Shown in pieces: positions 27,879 through 37,286 of a DNA stretch of 64,000 nt. The stretch is from Candidatus Pacearchaeota archaeon (GTDB lineage Archaea > Nanobdellota > Nanobdellia > Pacearchaeales > GW2011-AR1), in contig SICV01000002.1 of NCBI GenBank assembly GCA_009694725.1, positions 26,966 through 90,965 of the forward strand. Direction: 5' to 3'. The translations under genes were made by a program, and so were the position numbers. Position 1 is the stretch's first letter. The number at the start of each line of letters is the position of its first letter. Below the pieces are notes generated by a model. It had not been told where the DNA came from. It worked only from the letters and a program-made list of their open reading frames with translations, and made no database searches.

Positions 27879-28439
27879 ATGGCTGAACAACAAATGAAAA
27901 AACGGGATATGCGAGCATTCTTTGATGTGAAAGCACCGATGACCGGTACAAAGATTCAGTTATATGGTCAAAGTCCTGAAGCACTTGTGGGTAAAGTCAT
28001 TAAACTTGATTTAACGCGTAATCTTCGAGGGAAGGGTGCTGAATTACAGTTACGTACCCACCTTGTTGATGGGGCCCTTATTGCGAATCCTATTGCATTT
28101 ATGGTGTTTGGTTCGTATATTCGTCGTTCTATGCGTAATAATGTGAGTTATATTGAAGATTCGTTTGTAGTTAAAGCGAAAGATACTTCGGTTGTGATTA
28201 AGCCTTTCTTATTAACTCGTCGTAAAGTGTCTCGTGCATTAAAGAATGCTCTTCGTGTTGCTGCAAAAGACTATTTGACTTCTTTGTGTACGATTCGCAC
28301 GTCTCAAGAATTATTTACCGACCTTATTTCAAATAAGATTCAGAAAGAGATGAGTTTGAAATTAAAAAAATTGTACCCTCTTGCTTTGTGTGAAGTACGT
28401 ACGTTCAAATTGATTGAAGTGCTTGGGAAGAAAGCGTAA
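27879..28439 (+). CDS. rps3ae: Ribosomal protein S3Ae (eS1)
   Basis: FDVKAP, SYIRRSMR, KKLYPL...EVR. Confidence 0.88.
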   Translation: MAEQQMKKRDMRAFFDVKAPMTGTKIQLYGQSPEALVGKVIKLDLTRNLRGKGAELQLRTHLVDGALIANPIAFMVFGSYIRRSMRNNVSYIEDSFVVKAKDTSVVIKPFLLTRRKVSRALKNALRVAAKDYLTSLCTIRTSQELFTDLISNKIQKEMSLKLKKLYPLALCEVRTFKLIEVLGKKA

Positions 28440-28451
28440 TTTTTTATTCCG

Positions 28452-28892
28452 ATGGCTTCCTATACTCTTTCCCTTGTTTCTCGACGTTCACCCGCTGGTT
28501 CTTTTATTGCAGATCCTGTTTTTTTAGCAGCTCAACAATTATTATTTACTGCTTTTCCTGATCATTCGAATGCTTTAGTTGCTGCACTTCATTCTCGTAA
28601 TCCTCAACTTTGGAATTATTCTAACGGTGCTTTGGTGGGAGCGGCAATTACGAGTCACCCTACTCCGCTTGAAGGGGAATTACATTTTTTTGCAGTTGCT
28701 CCTGAAGCTCAGAAACAAGGAGTAGGGCGTGCTTTTTATGAAGCGCTTGAAGCCCGGGCCTTTACGAATCAAGCGCGTGTTACAGCTGTGAGTTATGTAC
28801 CTGGCTTTTTTGAGCGTATTGGGTTTGTTAATAAGGGCCCCACACATACCCATGTTGGATGTCTCGATCATTATTTGATTAAGGTCAAGTAA
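28452..28892 (+). CDS. GNAT-family N-acetyltransferase
   Basis: FAVAPEAQKQGVGR acetyl-CoA motif; FFERIGF. Confidence 0.8.
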   Translation: MASYTLSLVSRRSPAGSFIADPVFLAAQQLLFTAFPDHSNALVAALHSRNPQLWNYSNGALVGAAITSHPTPLEGELHFFAVAPEAQKQGVGRAFYEALEARAFTNQARVTAVSYVPGFFERIGFVNKGPTHTHVGCLDHYLIKVK

Positions 28893-29049
28893 CCTTTATC
28901 TTCTGAAGAAGTCCAGCTGTTTTTCTATTTGTTTAACTTCTTCTTGTAGATCATACCCTCTACTTCTTCTAAATAAGAGACTAAATGGCGCACCAGTGAT
29001 ACGTTCATAGTGCTGTTGTTCGCCTCCCTTTCTTCTCTCCTTAGAGAAT

Positions 29050-29064
29050 AAATAGCCCTGCCCG
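29050..29064 (-). repeat. 15-bp direct repeat of the tRNA-Gln 3' end
   Basis: aaatagccctgcccg at 29050-29064 and 29121-29135. Confidence 0.75.
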
Positions 29065-29123
29065 TTGAAAAAACTTTGTAGTTTTTAGTACGGTCAGTGC
29101 TTCCCTATCTTCGATAGGAAAAA

Positions 29124-29196
29124 TAGCCCTGCCCGGATTCGAACCGGGGTCACCGGCGCCAAAGGCCAGTATACTTGACCACTATACGACAGGGCT
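29124..29196 (-). tRNA. tRNA-Gln(TTG)
   Basis: Cloverleaf on the minus strand; ctggc-ctTTGgc-gccgg. Confidence 0.92.
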
Positions 29197-29251
29197 ATAC
29201 CGGCTAGTGGCTCGGGATGATTTATAAGGGTTTGGTTAGACTTTAGAGGAT

Positions 29252-29869
29252 ATGGCACCGAAGAAGGTCTTGGTCTTTGATTATGATGGTACGATTGTGG
29301 ACAGTTATCGAGCGTATGCTCGGCGTTTTGTTGCGATTGCAGGGAAGTATAGCCTTCAGGCTTCTGAACACTTTTTTCAATCGTTATATACCGGTAATTT
29401 TGCTGCTTCTTTACAAGATCATGCTTTAGACAAAAAGGATGTGATTGCATTAATTCATGATATTCGCGTACCGTTTAATGGGAAGCCTGAAGCGATTGAG
29501 CCATTTGAGGGGATGGTGCAGCTCATGAATACGCTTACGAAAAAGTATCGGGTGTATGTGGTGACGTCTAATCTTACTTCTGTTATCAAAGAATCTTTAG
29601 CGTATTGGAAGATATATGGGGTGAAGGAAGTGATTGGAGGGGAGATGGAATTGAGTAAAGTAAACAAACTGGTACGTATTCGTAAACGGTATCCTCGTGC
29701 TGAGTTGTTCTATATTGGGGATACAGCGGGAGATGTGCATGAAGCGAAAGAGGCAGGATATGTTGCCATTGCTGTTTCGTGGGGGTATCATACGAAGGCG
29801 CAGTTGGAAGGGGAACATCCTGATATTTTGTTGAGCAAGGTGAGCGAGTTACGGGCGTTGTTTGTTTAG
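29252..29869 (+). CDS. HAD-family hydrolase
   Basis: FDYDGTIVDS, VVTSN, IGDTAGD. Confidence 0.9.
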   Translation: MAPKKVLVFDYDGTIVDSYRAYARRFVAIAGKYSLQASEHFFQSLYTGNFAASLQDHALDKKDVIALIHDIRVPFNGKPEAIEPFEGMVQLMNTLTKKYRVYVVTSNLTSVIKESLAYWKIYGVKEVIGGEMELSKVNKLVRIRKRYPRAELFYIGDTAGDVHEAKEAGYVAIAVSWGYHTKAQLEGEHPDILLSKVSELRALFV

Positions 29870-30525
29870 AATTGTTGTTTATATCGTCCGCGAAGTTCTA
29901 CTTTTGCTAGTTGTGTGATGATTTGTTTGTTAGTGGTTGCTTTTGTATAACTGGCGAGGAAGGTTGTCCAGAGTGTTTCAGCATGCCGGTAGTGCTTTGC
30001 TTCTAAGGCTTCTTTGAAGACATGGAGGTCAGTTGCTTTGTCTTCTATTTTATTGGATTCGTACCCGAGACCGAAGTCGATGAGTGTTAGTCTGGTATCT
30101 GATATACGTTTTGGGGAGGGGTTCAACTTCGATGGTTTCCTTGCCTTCGATACTATGGTGATGAGGATGTTGGAGGTAGTGAGGTCGCCGTGGATGAGGT
30201 TGGCGTTGTGCAGTTTTGCTATTATTTTTCCGAGTTCTTTTATTAGGGCTTGCTTGTTTGAGGCTGTGTCGAGTGTGTCGGCGAGCTTTTTTCCTTTGAT
30301 TTCTTCTAAGAGGAGGGTTGTTTCGGTTTGTTGGAGGAGTTGCGGGACTGGGATTCCTGCCTGGAGGGCTTTGGTGAGGAGACGTGCTTCGGCTCGTGTT
30401 CGCATTCTTCTTATTTTGAGGTCTAATTGTGGATGGCGATAGGTTTTTTCGATGCGGTCTTTGAGAATGCCTTCCTTTGTTTGGTAGAGTTTTGCTTCTG
30501 CGGCGTGGAAGAGGATTTTTTTCAT
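29866..30525 (-). CDS. bud32: KEOPS kinase Bud32 with a ~20-aa insertion
   Basis: AEA, YRHPQLD, IHGDLTTSN, LIDFGL, ELRGRY. Confidence 0.92.
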   Translation of the reverse strand: MKKILFHAAEAKLYQTKEGILKDRIEKTYRHPQLDLKIRRMRTRAEARLLTKALQAGIPVPQLLQQTETTLLLEEIKGKKLADTLDTASNKQALIKELGKIIAKLHNANLIHGDLTTSNILITIVSKARKPSKLNPSPKRISDTRLTLIDFGLGYESNKIEDKATDLHVFKEALEAKHYRHAETLWTTFLASYTKATTNKQIITQLAKVELRGRYKQQF

Positions 30526-30869
30526 TTCTTTCTATATCCAAATAGTTTATCGTAGGTTGGATGATCACTTATTGTTAAGATGAAAATGAATATTTCAACC
30601 CTATTTCCTTCAATTGTATATAACATTCTCCAAAAATTAGATAATTCCACCCTATATATCTTTTTTATACCCTGTTCTTTAAACTTTTCAGGTATAAGCT
30701 CTTTTTTGATAGAGTCACCATATTGTGGGTTTGTCTTTAATAATTCAATTTTCTGATGTATAGAACGTAGCAGTGTTTGAGCTTCTTTATCGGTTCGTTG
30801 TTTAAGCATTATATAGCTTTCTTTTGCCTCTCCCTTCAATATTATACGTACCTCTTTTCCTAGAAACAT
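30522..30869 (-). CDS. RelE-like toxin
   Basis: LKTNPQYG, YRVELSNFWRMLYTI, HPTYDKLF. Confidence 0.65.
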   Translation of the reverse strand: MFLGKEVRIILKGEAKESYIMLKQRTDKEAQTLLRSIHQKIELLKTNPQYGDSIKKELIPEKFKEQGIKKIYRVELSNFWRMLYTIEGNRVEIFIFILTISDHPTYDKLFGYRKK

Positions 30870-31183
30870 TATACCTCCAGACCATTTTGCAGCATTTTTT
30901 GCAAATGTTCTGGTTCAGCGTAAATCCATTGTATTCCTTTTGGACCGTATATAATTTTTCCTGATCTCCAGAGATATTCTAAAATAAGGGCAAGTGTTTG
31001 GTGCATTATTTGTTTTGGGAGTTTTCTTTTTACTTCTGCTATTTTAAGAGGTATATCTTGATTTTTTTGCAAAGTAGTTTCTACCATCAGAATTGTTTGG
31101 AGCGTGGGATATCTCTTTATTTTCCCTTTGTCCATGATTTGGAATTCTGTTTCTGTTTCTTTATTTTTTACTATCTTTTGCAT
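30869..31183 (-). CDS. Putative wHTH antitoxin/regulator
   Basis: YPTLQTILMVE ... LILEYLWRSGKI; coupled to the RelE-like gene. Confidence 0.6.
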   Translation of the reverse strand: MQKIVKNKETETEFQIMDKGKIKRYPTLQTILMVETTLQKNQDIPLKIAEVKRKLPKQIMHQTLALILEYLWRSGKIIYGPKGIQWIYAEPEHLQKMLQNGLEV

Positions 31184-31258
31184 ATCAACTGATACTTTTT
31201 ATGTATATAAATGCTTGTATTTAGGAGGATTTATATTGCTTTCTTTTTTACAGGAGTT

Positions 31259-31624
31259 ATGGAATGGAATGCCTTGTGGAAGATAACGCGGATTCCTATT
31301 TTGATAGCGAGTTTATGTTGTGTAACGCCTTTGGTGTTGGTCTTAGTAGGGATTTCTACTGTGAGTTTTGCTGGTTCGCTGGCGGATACGTTATATGGCG
31401 ATTATAAGTGGGTCTTTCGATTGATGGGATTGCTTGCTCTTATTGCAAGTTTAGTTGTGTATTTCAGAAATAAAGGTATTTGCACGTTAGATCAAGTTCG
31501 TCGAAAACGGAATCAGGTAGTAAATATGATTCTCGTTGCTTTGATTGTTGCGGTTATGGGGTATGTTGTGTGGCTGTATGTGGTTGTGGAACTTATTGGG
31601 AAATTGGTCGGTATTTGGGGTTAG
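31259..31624 (+). CDS. MerT/MerF-like small membrane protein
   Basis: ASLCCVTPLVLV in TM1; three TM helices. Confidence 0.6.
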   Translation: MEWNALWKITRIPILIASLCCVTPLVLVLVGISTVSFAGSLADTLYGDYKWVFRLMGLLALIASLVVYFRNKGICTLDQVRRKRNQVVNMILVALIVAVMGYVVWLYVVVELIGKLVGIWG

Positions 31625-32976
31625 ACCTTCATCTTTTTGCCGAACTTCTTGGCAAGTTTCATCATGGCTTTTTGATCAAGGGGTTTGCCTTCAAGCGATG
31701 ATTGGGATTTGAGCATGTCTTTGAGCATGTCGTATTGTTTCAGAAGGGCTTTAATTTCTGCATTTGATGTGCCTGATCCTTTTGCAATTCTTCCAATCCG
31801 TCCTGGTTCTGTATCAATGAGCTCTGGATGTTCAATTTCATTTTTTGTCATGGAGTTAATAGCATGCTTCCAGCGTTTGACTTTTGCTTGTTGTTCTTCT
31901 AATGCTGCTTGCGGGATTTTTGCTTTGCCTAAGCCTGGAATCATGCCTATCAGTTTGTCCATGCCCCCCATTGATTCCATACTCTCTAATTGCGTTTGGA
32001 GATCACGGAGGGTGAATTTTCCTTCTTCTAGGCGTTTTTGTTGCGCTTCGATGGTATCTTTATCTATAACGGAATGAATTTTTTCTATGAGTGATGTAAG
32101 ATCACCCATACCTAGTAATCTACTGAGAAATGCATCGGGGTCAAATGTTTCAAGATCTGCGGGTTTTTCTCCGGTACCAATAAAGAGAATTGGTGCTTTG
32201 ACTTCTGCACAAGCGGTGAGTGCTCCGCCTGCTTTTGCGGCGGAGTCCATCTTTGTGATGATGACTCCAGTGATCTGGGCAGTTTCTGTGAATGCCTGGG
32301 CTTGTTTCTTGGCTGTTTGTCCGATATCTGCAGCCATAACCAGGAATGCTTCGGTTGGTTTGGTGAGTTTGACGACTGTTTTAAGTTCGGTGATGAGGTC
32401 TTCAGATAATGCATCACGTCCTGCAGTGTCGATGAGCACGAGATCAAATGATTTGAGATCGTTTTGAAAGTGTTTGTATATTTTTGAGGGGTTTTTTTCT
32501 TCTGGAAGGATGAAACAAGGAACTTTGAGTTTGTCGGAGAGTTGTTTGAGTTGCAAGGCAGCGGCGGGGCGATGGACGTCTAATGAAAGCGTACAGACTT
32601 TTTTGCCGCGTTTGGTGTAATAGCTGGCGAGTTTGCCGATGGTCGTTGTTTTTCCTTGCCCATACAGACCAAGGACGATCCAGACGTTTTTTTCTTGAAG
32701 TTCTAAGGTGCGTTTTTCTCCTAAGAGCGCACGCAGTTCATCATGGAGGAGCTTGATGAGATGTTCTTTCTTTTCGATACCGGAGATGCGTTCGTCCAAG
32801 GCGGTCTGTTTTATTTTCTTTGTGATTTCGAGGACGAGTTTGACGTTGACGTCTGCCTCTAAGAGTGCACGTTGAAGGTCCTTGACCATTTGATCTACGA
32901 GGTTCTTATCAAGAAAGAGGGCGTTTGCTATCTTGTCTGTTGTTTTCTTGAGTGTTTCAGAGAGCTTTTCAAGCAT
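31621..32976 (-). CDS. srp54: Signal recognition particle protein SRP54
   Basis: ALLEADVN, GQGKTTT, DTAGR, TKMDSAAKAGGAL, Met-rich M domain. Confidence 0.96.
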   Translation of the reverse strand: MLEKLSETLKKTTDKIANALFLDKNLVDQMVKDLQRALLEADVNVKLVLEITKKIKQTALDERISGIEKKEHLIKLLHDELRALLGEKRTLELQEKNVWIVLGLYGQGKTTTIGKLASYYTKRGKKVCTLSLDVHRPAAALQLKQLSDKLKVPCFILPEEKNPSKIYKHFQNDLKSFDLVLIDTAGRDALSEDLITELKTVVKLTKPTEAFLVMAADIGQTAKKQAQAFTETAQITGVIITKMDSAAKAGGALTACAEVKAPILFIGTGEKPADLETFDPDAFLSRLLGMGDLTSLIEKIHSVIDKDTIEAQQKRLEEGKFTLRDLQTQLESMESMGGMDKLIGMIPGLGKAKIPQAALEEQQAKVKRWKHAINSMTKNEIEHPELIDTEPGRIGRIAKGSGTSNAEIKALLKQYDMLKDMLKSQSSLEGKPLDQKAMMKLAKKFGKKMKV

Positions 32977-33193
32977 AGGATTTGGAGTTTGGGGAAGGTA
33001 TTAAACATTATGGGTTAAGGATATTATCCTATCCCAATTATTCCTCGATACCATCCACACCAACGTACGGGCCCGTCTGGGCCCATTGTGGATGAACATT
33101 GATAGAAGGGAACTATTCCCTTTATCCATAATAGGCCATATATTAAGATAATAACTACGGTAATTATTACACTTTTTTTAATTATTCTTTGGT

Positions 33194-33559
33194 TCATTTG
33201 ACAAACTCCACATTTTCTAGTTCTTCAAACTCTTTGTCTCCAGTGAGGAAGGGGATGCTGAGCTTCTTTGCCATTATGTATCCTACGCAATCAGTAATCG
33301 ATACTCCTCTGTCTTTCCATTTGAGACGAAATTGCATCGCCTCTTCTATCCATTCAGGTTTGACTGATGAAATATGTTTTGCATATTTTTTGATTTGTTC
33401 TTTTGCTTGCTTATATTTATCTCGATACAGTACGTAACATATTTCTGAGAAAATGAAGTTATTAATAATTATTTCACTTTCTTGATATGATTCATATGCA
33501 GGATTGCCCTCGATTAATTCCATTATCGCATATGTGTCAAAAAGATACTTAGATGTCAT
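33194..33559 (-). CDS. vapC: VapC PIN-domain toxin
   Basis: LFDTYA, SITDC, LTGDKEF. Confidence 0.85.
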   Translation of the reverse strand: MTSKYLFDTYAIMELIEGNPAYESYQESEIIINNFIFSEICYVLYRDKYKQAKEQIKKYAKHISSVKPEWIEEAMQFRLKWKDRGVSITDCVGYIMAKKLSIPFLTGDKEFEELENVEFVK

Positions 33560-33770
33560 ATAGTTCTTTGTCCACTTCTTTCATGAGCTTTGCTATCGGT
33601 TTTGAAAACTTATGTGTACCAAATGTTTCTCTGAGGACATTGCTCTTTTTGATAATGATCGCTTCTATTTCTTCTCCTTCTTTGAGGTTCTTGCTTTCCA
33701 TAATTGCTTGCGGGATGATGAGGCCGTAGGAGTTACCCCACTTGCGTACTTTCGTTATTAGTTCTGGCAT
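33549..33770 (-). CDS. AbrB/MazE-type antitoxin
   Basis: VRKWGNSYGLIIP. Confidence 0.85.
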   Translation of the reverse strand: MPELITKVRKWGNSYGLIIPQAIMESKNLKEGEEIEAIIIKKSNVLRETFGTHKFSKPIAKLMKEVDKELYDI

Positions 33771-33808
33771 GTTTAAACGGTATATACGGCGGTATAAATA
33801 GATTTCGG

Positions 33809-34597
33809 TTAGACCTCTCGTTGTTCAGTAAGCCAGCGTGCTCCATCTTCAGGTGCATGTTTGAGGATCGTTGCTTTCCAGAAATCGTACTGAGGGAGAC
33901 CAGTTGGTTGGGTGAGTGATTGAGAGGTGTGAGGTTTTTGCGTCTTGAGTAATGACTCGACGTCTGGTTTCGAGAAAGGGGGAAGAAACGGATGCTTTTT
34001 TGCGAAGAAGGGGGAGATGAGCGTATACTTTTCTACTAGTTCTGCAACATTCGTGCCTGCGTAGGGTGGGCGTTTTCGTTCGGCACGCCAATTATGATGA
34101 AACTGGTTGTTTCCTGCGTACAATTCGTGCAATGATTCACATAGTGCACTACATTTGTCAAGGTAGCTCAGCACTTGTGTTTCGATGGTTGCTTTCTTTT
34201 TTGCTTCTTCAAGAAGAGATTGATAATTATATCCTTGCACTGTTTGTGGCCAGCGTGCAAGAAGCGTTTTGATTGCTTCGCTTTCTTCTTGTTCAAGTTG
34301 TACTAATTCTTGTGGAGACATATTGAGTTTTACATTGAGTTCTACATCTCCGTTTTTGCTCACTATTTCCGGATCATCATGTACTAATGCAATGATTCCT
34401 GCTCGTTCAAAATTGAATCCTGGAAGGGTCTGGCGTATATGGGGGGCAACGGCTTCAAGGAGGTAGCGTAGTTCGAGGGTGTGCATTTCTAAATCGTGTC
34501 GGTACCAGGCAGGTGAGAATGATTTCCAGCGCTTGATGGAACGTAATCCTGCAATTCTTCCTTGAAAGCCCTGTGCTTCGATTGCTTCATGGTACAT
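33809..34597 (-). CDS. HD-domain hydrolase (YfbR-like)
   Basis: IKRW, ALVHDDPE, YLDK. Confidence 0.75.
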   Translation of the reverse strand: MYHEAIEAQGFQGRIAGLRSIKRWKSFSPAWYRHDLEMHTLELRYLLEAVAPHIRQTLPGFNFERAGIIALVHDDPEIVSKNGDVELNVKLNMSPQELVQLEQEESEAIKTLLARWPQTVQGYNYQSLLEEAKKKATIETQVLSYLDKCSALCESLHELYAGNNQFHHNWRAERKRPPYAGTNVAELVEKYTLISPFFAKKHPFLPPFSKPDVESLLKTQKPHTSQSLTQPTGLPQYDFWKATILKHAPEDGARWLTEQREV

Positions 34598-34636
34598 GGT
34601 GAAAGAGTTGTGAGGGGCTTTTTATTGATTTGGGGA

Positions 34637-35722
34637 TTATAGGCCTAAGTTCTTTATCACTGTCTTTTTCGTGAAGGGGAGGAGGTCTTCGTATTTTTGG
34701 CCGGTGCCGAGGAAGTAAATGGGCTTGTTGGTGATGTGGGCAATGGAAAGAATAGTGCCTGCTTTTTCATCAATGTCTGCTTTCGTGAGGATGGAACCGT
34801 CGATTCCTGCGGTTTCGTTGAAAGTACGTGCTTGCTCAAGAGCGTCGTTCCCGGTGATTGATTCTCCGACGAAGAGTTTGAGGTTGGGCTTACTAATACG
34901 GATTATTTTTTCCATTTCTTTCATGAGATTTGTTTTGGTGTACATTCTTCCTGCCGTATCTATCAGTACCACTTGAATCTTGTGGGCTTTTGCGTATTCT
35001 ATGGCATTGAATGCGATGCTTGCAGGATCTGCTTCGTATGTGCCCTTGATGCAGGGGACGTTGAGGGCTTTGGCGTGATGGTCCAGTTGTTCAATTGAGG
35101 CTGCACGGAAGGTATCGCCGGCTGCGAGTACGACTGAGATATTGTTTTGTGTGAGATAGTGTGCCACCTTTGCGATACTGGTTGTTTTACCCGTGCCGTT
35201 AATACCAAAAAAAAGAATCACATAGGGTTGGGCAGTGGTCACTTGTTTGAGGAATGCGGGAGGTTCTTGTAAGATGGAGAGGATTGCGCCCTGGAGAGAC
35301 GCAAGGATTTTTTGTTGTGCTTCGTTTTTTTTACAATTGAGTCCTACCAGATCTTTTTGGAGCGATGATTTGATTGCGTCTATTGCTTCAACCGCTGTAT
35401 TGTTTTCGAGGAGGGTGATTTCAAGGTCTTCAAATGCTTCATTGAAATCTGCTTCTGAGAGTTGGGAGGTAGTGAGCTTTCTGACCAATTTTGAGAAGAA
35501 TGATTCTTTTGGTTGTTCTGCATATGTTTCTTCTTTTGTTTCGGGAGTGAGAAGGGTTTCTATTTCTTGTTCGGTTTGTTGTTCTGCTTTTGTTTGAGTC
35601 TTCTTAGAGGGTTTTGTTTTTTGCTCTTTTTTCTTGGTATTCTTGCTTTCTTTCTTCTTCGTGGGCTTTGTTTCTTTGGTTCCTACCCAGGATTTGATTG
35701 TTTTTTTGAGGAAATCGAACAT
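34637..35722 (-). CDS. ftsY: SRP receptor FtsY
   Basis: GINGTGKTTSIAK, DTFRAAS, DTAGR, GTGQKYEDL. Confidence 0.96.
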   Translation of the reverse strand: MFDFLKKTIKSWVGTKETKPTKKKESKNTKKKEQKTKPSKKTQTKAEQQTEQEIETLLTPETKEETYAEQPKESFFSKLVRKLTTSQLSEADFNEAFEDLEITLLENNTAVEAIDAIKSSLQKDLVGLNCKKNEAQQKILASLQGAILSILQEPPAFLKQVTTAQPYVILFFGINGTGKTTSIAKVAHYLTQNNISVVLAAGDTFRAASIEQLDHHAKALNVPCIKGTYEADPASIAFNAIEYAKAHKIQVVLIDTAGRMYTKTNLMKEMEKIIRISKPNLKLFVGESITGNDALEQARTFNETAGIDGSILTKADIDEKAGTILSIAHITNKPIYFLGTGQKYEDLLPFTKKTVIKNLGL

Positions 35723-35814
35723 GTTTCTTTGAGAGTAGCGACGGTATTTAATCGTACTGGTTTCTTCATTCCAGTATACTCATTTTTATATAGCTCGGAG
35801 GGGGTTCTTTACGT

Positions 35815-36369
35815 ATGCTGAGCTATACTGACTTGTATGAAGTGGTACGAAAAGAGAAATATGGGGATGTGTTACAAAATTTACCTAAAGAGTTCTTAGG
35901 AGATATCACTGCCTTTTTACAGGAGAAGCGAGGACAGGCTCCGAAGGATGATGGGTTGTTTCAAGAAGAAGTAGTGAAGCAACGGAAGCAATTAGATAAT
36001 TCATTGGCTTTATTTAAAGAATTGATGCGTTTGCGTCGTAAGAAACTATTACAATTAGTGCATATTGCGACTGAAACGGGCATTATGAAACGCGATTATG
36101 AGAATATGCTTTCGTTTGAGCGCACTATGTTTGACGCGTTTGTACAGGCTGCTGAACGAGCAGAGAAAGAGATGCAGAAAGTATTGCATAGTCCTGCGCT
36201 TGCTGTACCCACTCAAAAACTTATTTTATTTACGCAGCCCGTTGAACCATTTGTCAGTATGAGTGGGGAGATGTTGGGCCCCTATGTCACGGGAGAATTA
36301 GCGAATTTAGATGGGCAGATTACAGATGTATTGGTACAGGGTGGAAAAGCTACGTATGTTGATCAGTAA
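35815..36369 (+). CDS. GINS complex subunit (Gins15-like)
   Basis: LYEVVRKEK...LQNLP, RRKKL, GPY...ANL B-domain. Confidence 0.75.
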   Translation: MLSYTDLYEVVRKEKYGDVLQNLPKEFLGDITAFLQEKRGQAPKDDGLFQEEVVKQRKQLDNSLALFKELMRLRRKKLLQLVHIATETGIMKRDYENMLSFERTMFDAFVQAAERAEKEMQKVLHSPALAVPTQKLILFTQPVEPFVSMSGEMLGPYVTGELANLDGQITDVLVQGGKATYVDQ

Positions 36370-36372
36370 TTG

Positions 36373-36579
36373 TTATACTGGAAAGATACTTCTTATTTCT
36401 CGTGTTATGTTTTTTCCAAGATAAGTCTGTGAACTTCCTGAATCGTATATTGCTGGAGCAGTGAGCATCCAGTTTGTTGCTTCTTCGTCGTCAGTGCATT
36501 CTTTTGTCTCAAATAGTTCTCTTCCCGTTCCTGTGAGTGTTTTACCATCTGGGTATTGACATTCAGTACGTACGAGCAT
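36373..36579 (-). CDS. Small hypothetical protein
   Basis: ORF fills the intergenic gap and has an upstream TATA-like box. Confidence 0.4.
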   Translation of the reverse strand: MLVRTECQYPDGKTLTGTGRELFETKECTDDEEATNWMLTAPAIYDSGSSQTYLGKNITREIRSIFPV

Positions 36580-36633
36580 ATATTTAATACTTTTTGGTTT
36601 ATTAGTTCGTTTAAAAGAATTATTGTGGTTTCT

Positions 36634-37140
36634 TTAGATCCATCGCATGAGCTTATTGGGGACTCGTCCGGTGTCGTTACAGTGATAGACCTTATGGAGT
36701 GATTGGCCGAGGGGGCCACTTATGCCATAGCTTTTTTTGAGCCAGGCTGCATTTTCTGAAGAGAGGGCGAGTCGGGGTGCTTTGAACAGGGCAGGTGTTT
36801 GATTGAAACAGTCTTGGAATGCTTTGATCCCTGGTTGGAGATAAGATTCATTTCTGAGTGTATCAAATTCATTATAGGTATGGTGAATGCCATGAAGGCC
36901 GAGGGTTTTGTTTAAGGAGAGGATTTCTGCACACCATGTTTTGTTAGTGGCGATGCTTTCATCGTTGAAGAAGGGGACGATCCAGAGTACGTCTACTTTG
37001 TTGAGGAGTGCTTCTTCACAGGGGATGCCGGGGGTGACGTCATCTATTTCTTGAGGGGAGAGGCTACGAATAAGGAAGAAGATGAACAGAAGACACCCCA
37101 CGGTTTGGAGACTTCTTTTTACGAGCTTTGCTTTGTGCAT
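36634..37140 (-). CDS. Membrane-anchored polysaccharide deacetylase-like protein (DUF2334-like)
   Basis: IDDVTP, LHGIHH, FKAP. Confidence 0.7.
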   Translation of the reverse strand: MHKAKLVKRSLQTVGCLLFIFFLIRSLSPQEIDDVTPGIPCEEALLNKVDVLWIVPFFNDESIATNKTWCAEILSLNKTLGLHGIHHTYNEFDTLRNESYLQPGIKAFQDCFNQTPALFKAPRLALSSENAAWLKKSYGISGPLGQSLHKVYHCNDTGRVPNKLMRWI

Positions 37141-37145
37141 TGGTA

Positions 37146-37269
37146 AGCCTCCAGGGGGAATCGAACCCCCGACCCTTAGTTTTTCTGCGTGTTCACCGTT
37201 TGGGTGAAGCGTGAGGGGTGAAACCCCTACGCTACAAAACTAATGCTCTGCCAACTGAGCTATGGAGGC
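37146..37269 (-). tRNA. tRNA-Thr(TGT) with a 51-nt intron at 37/38 (37182-37232)
   Basis: Exons form a 73-nt cloverleaf: ttagt-ttTGTa|a-actaa. Confidence 0.88.
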
Positions 37270-37286
37270 ATTCTAGAACCAAGGTT

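Noticed and set aside
28897..29040. Start-less minus-strand frame (EQQHYERITG...QLDFFRR) after the tRNA-Gln duplicate
   Set aside because: Could be a remnant of an integrated element, but too short and unrecognisable to call.
33008..33132. SRP RNA or 5S rRNA next to srp54
   Set aside because: No helix-8 GGAA/AGCA signature and no 5S conserved motifs; kept only as an unknown structured region.
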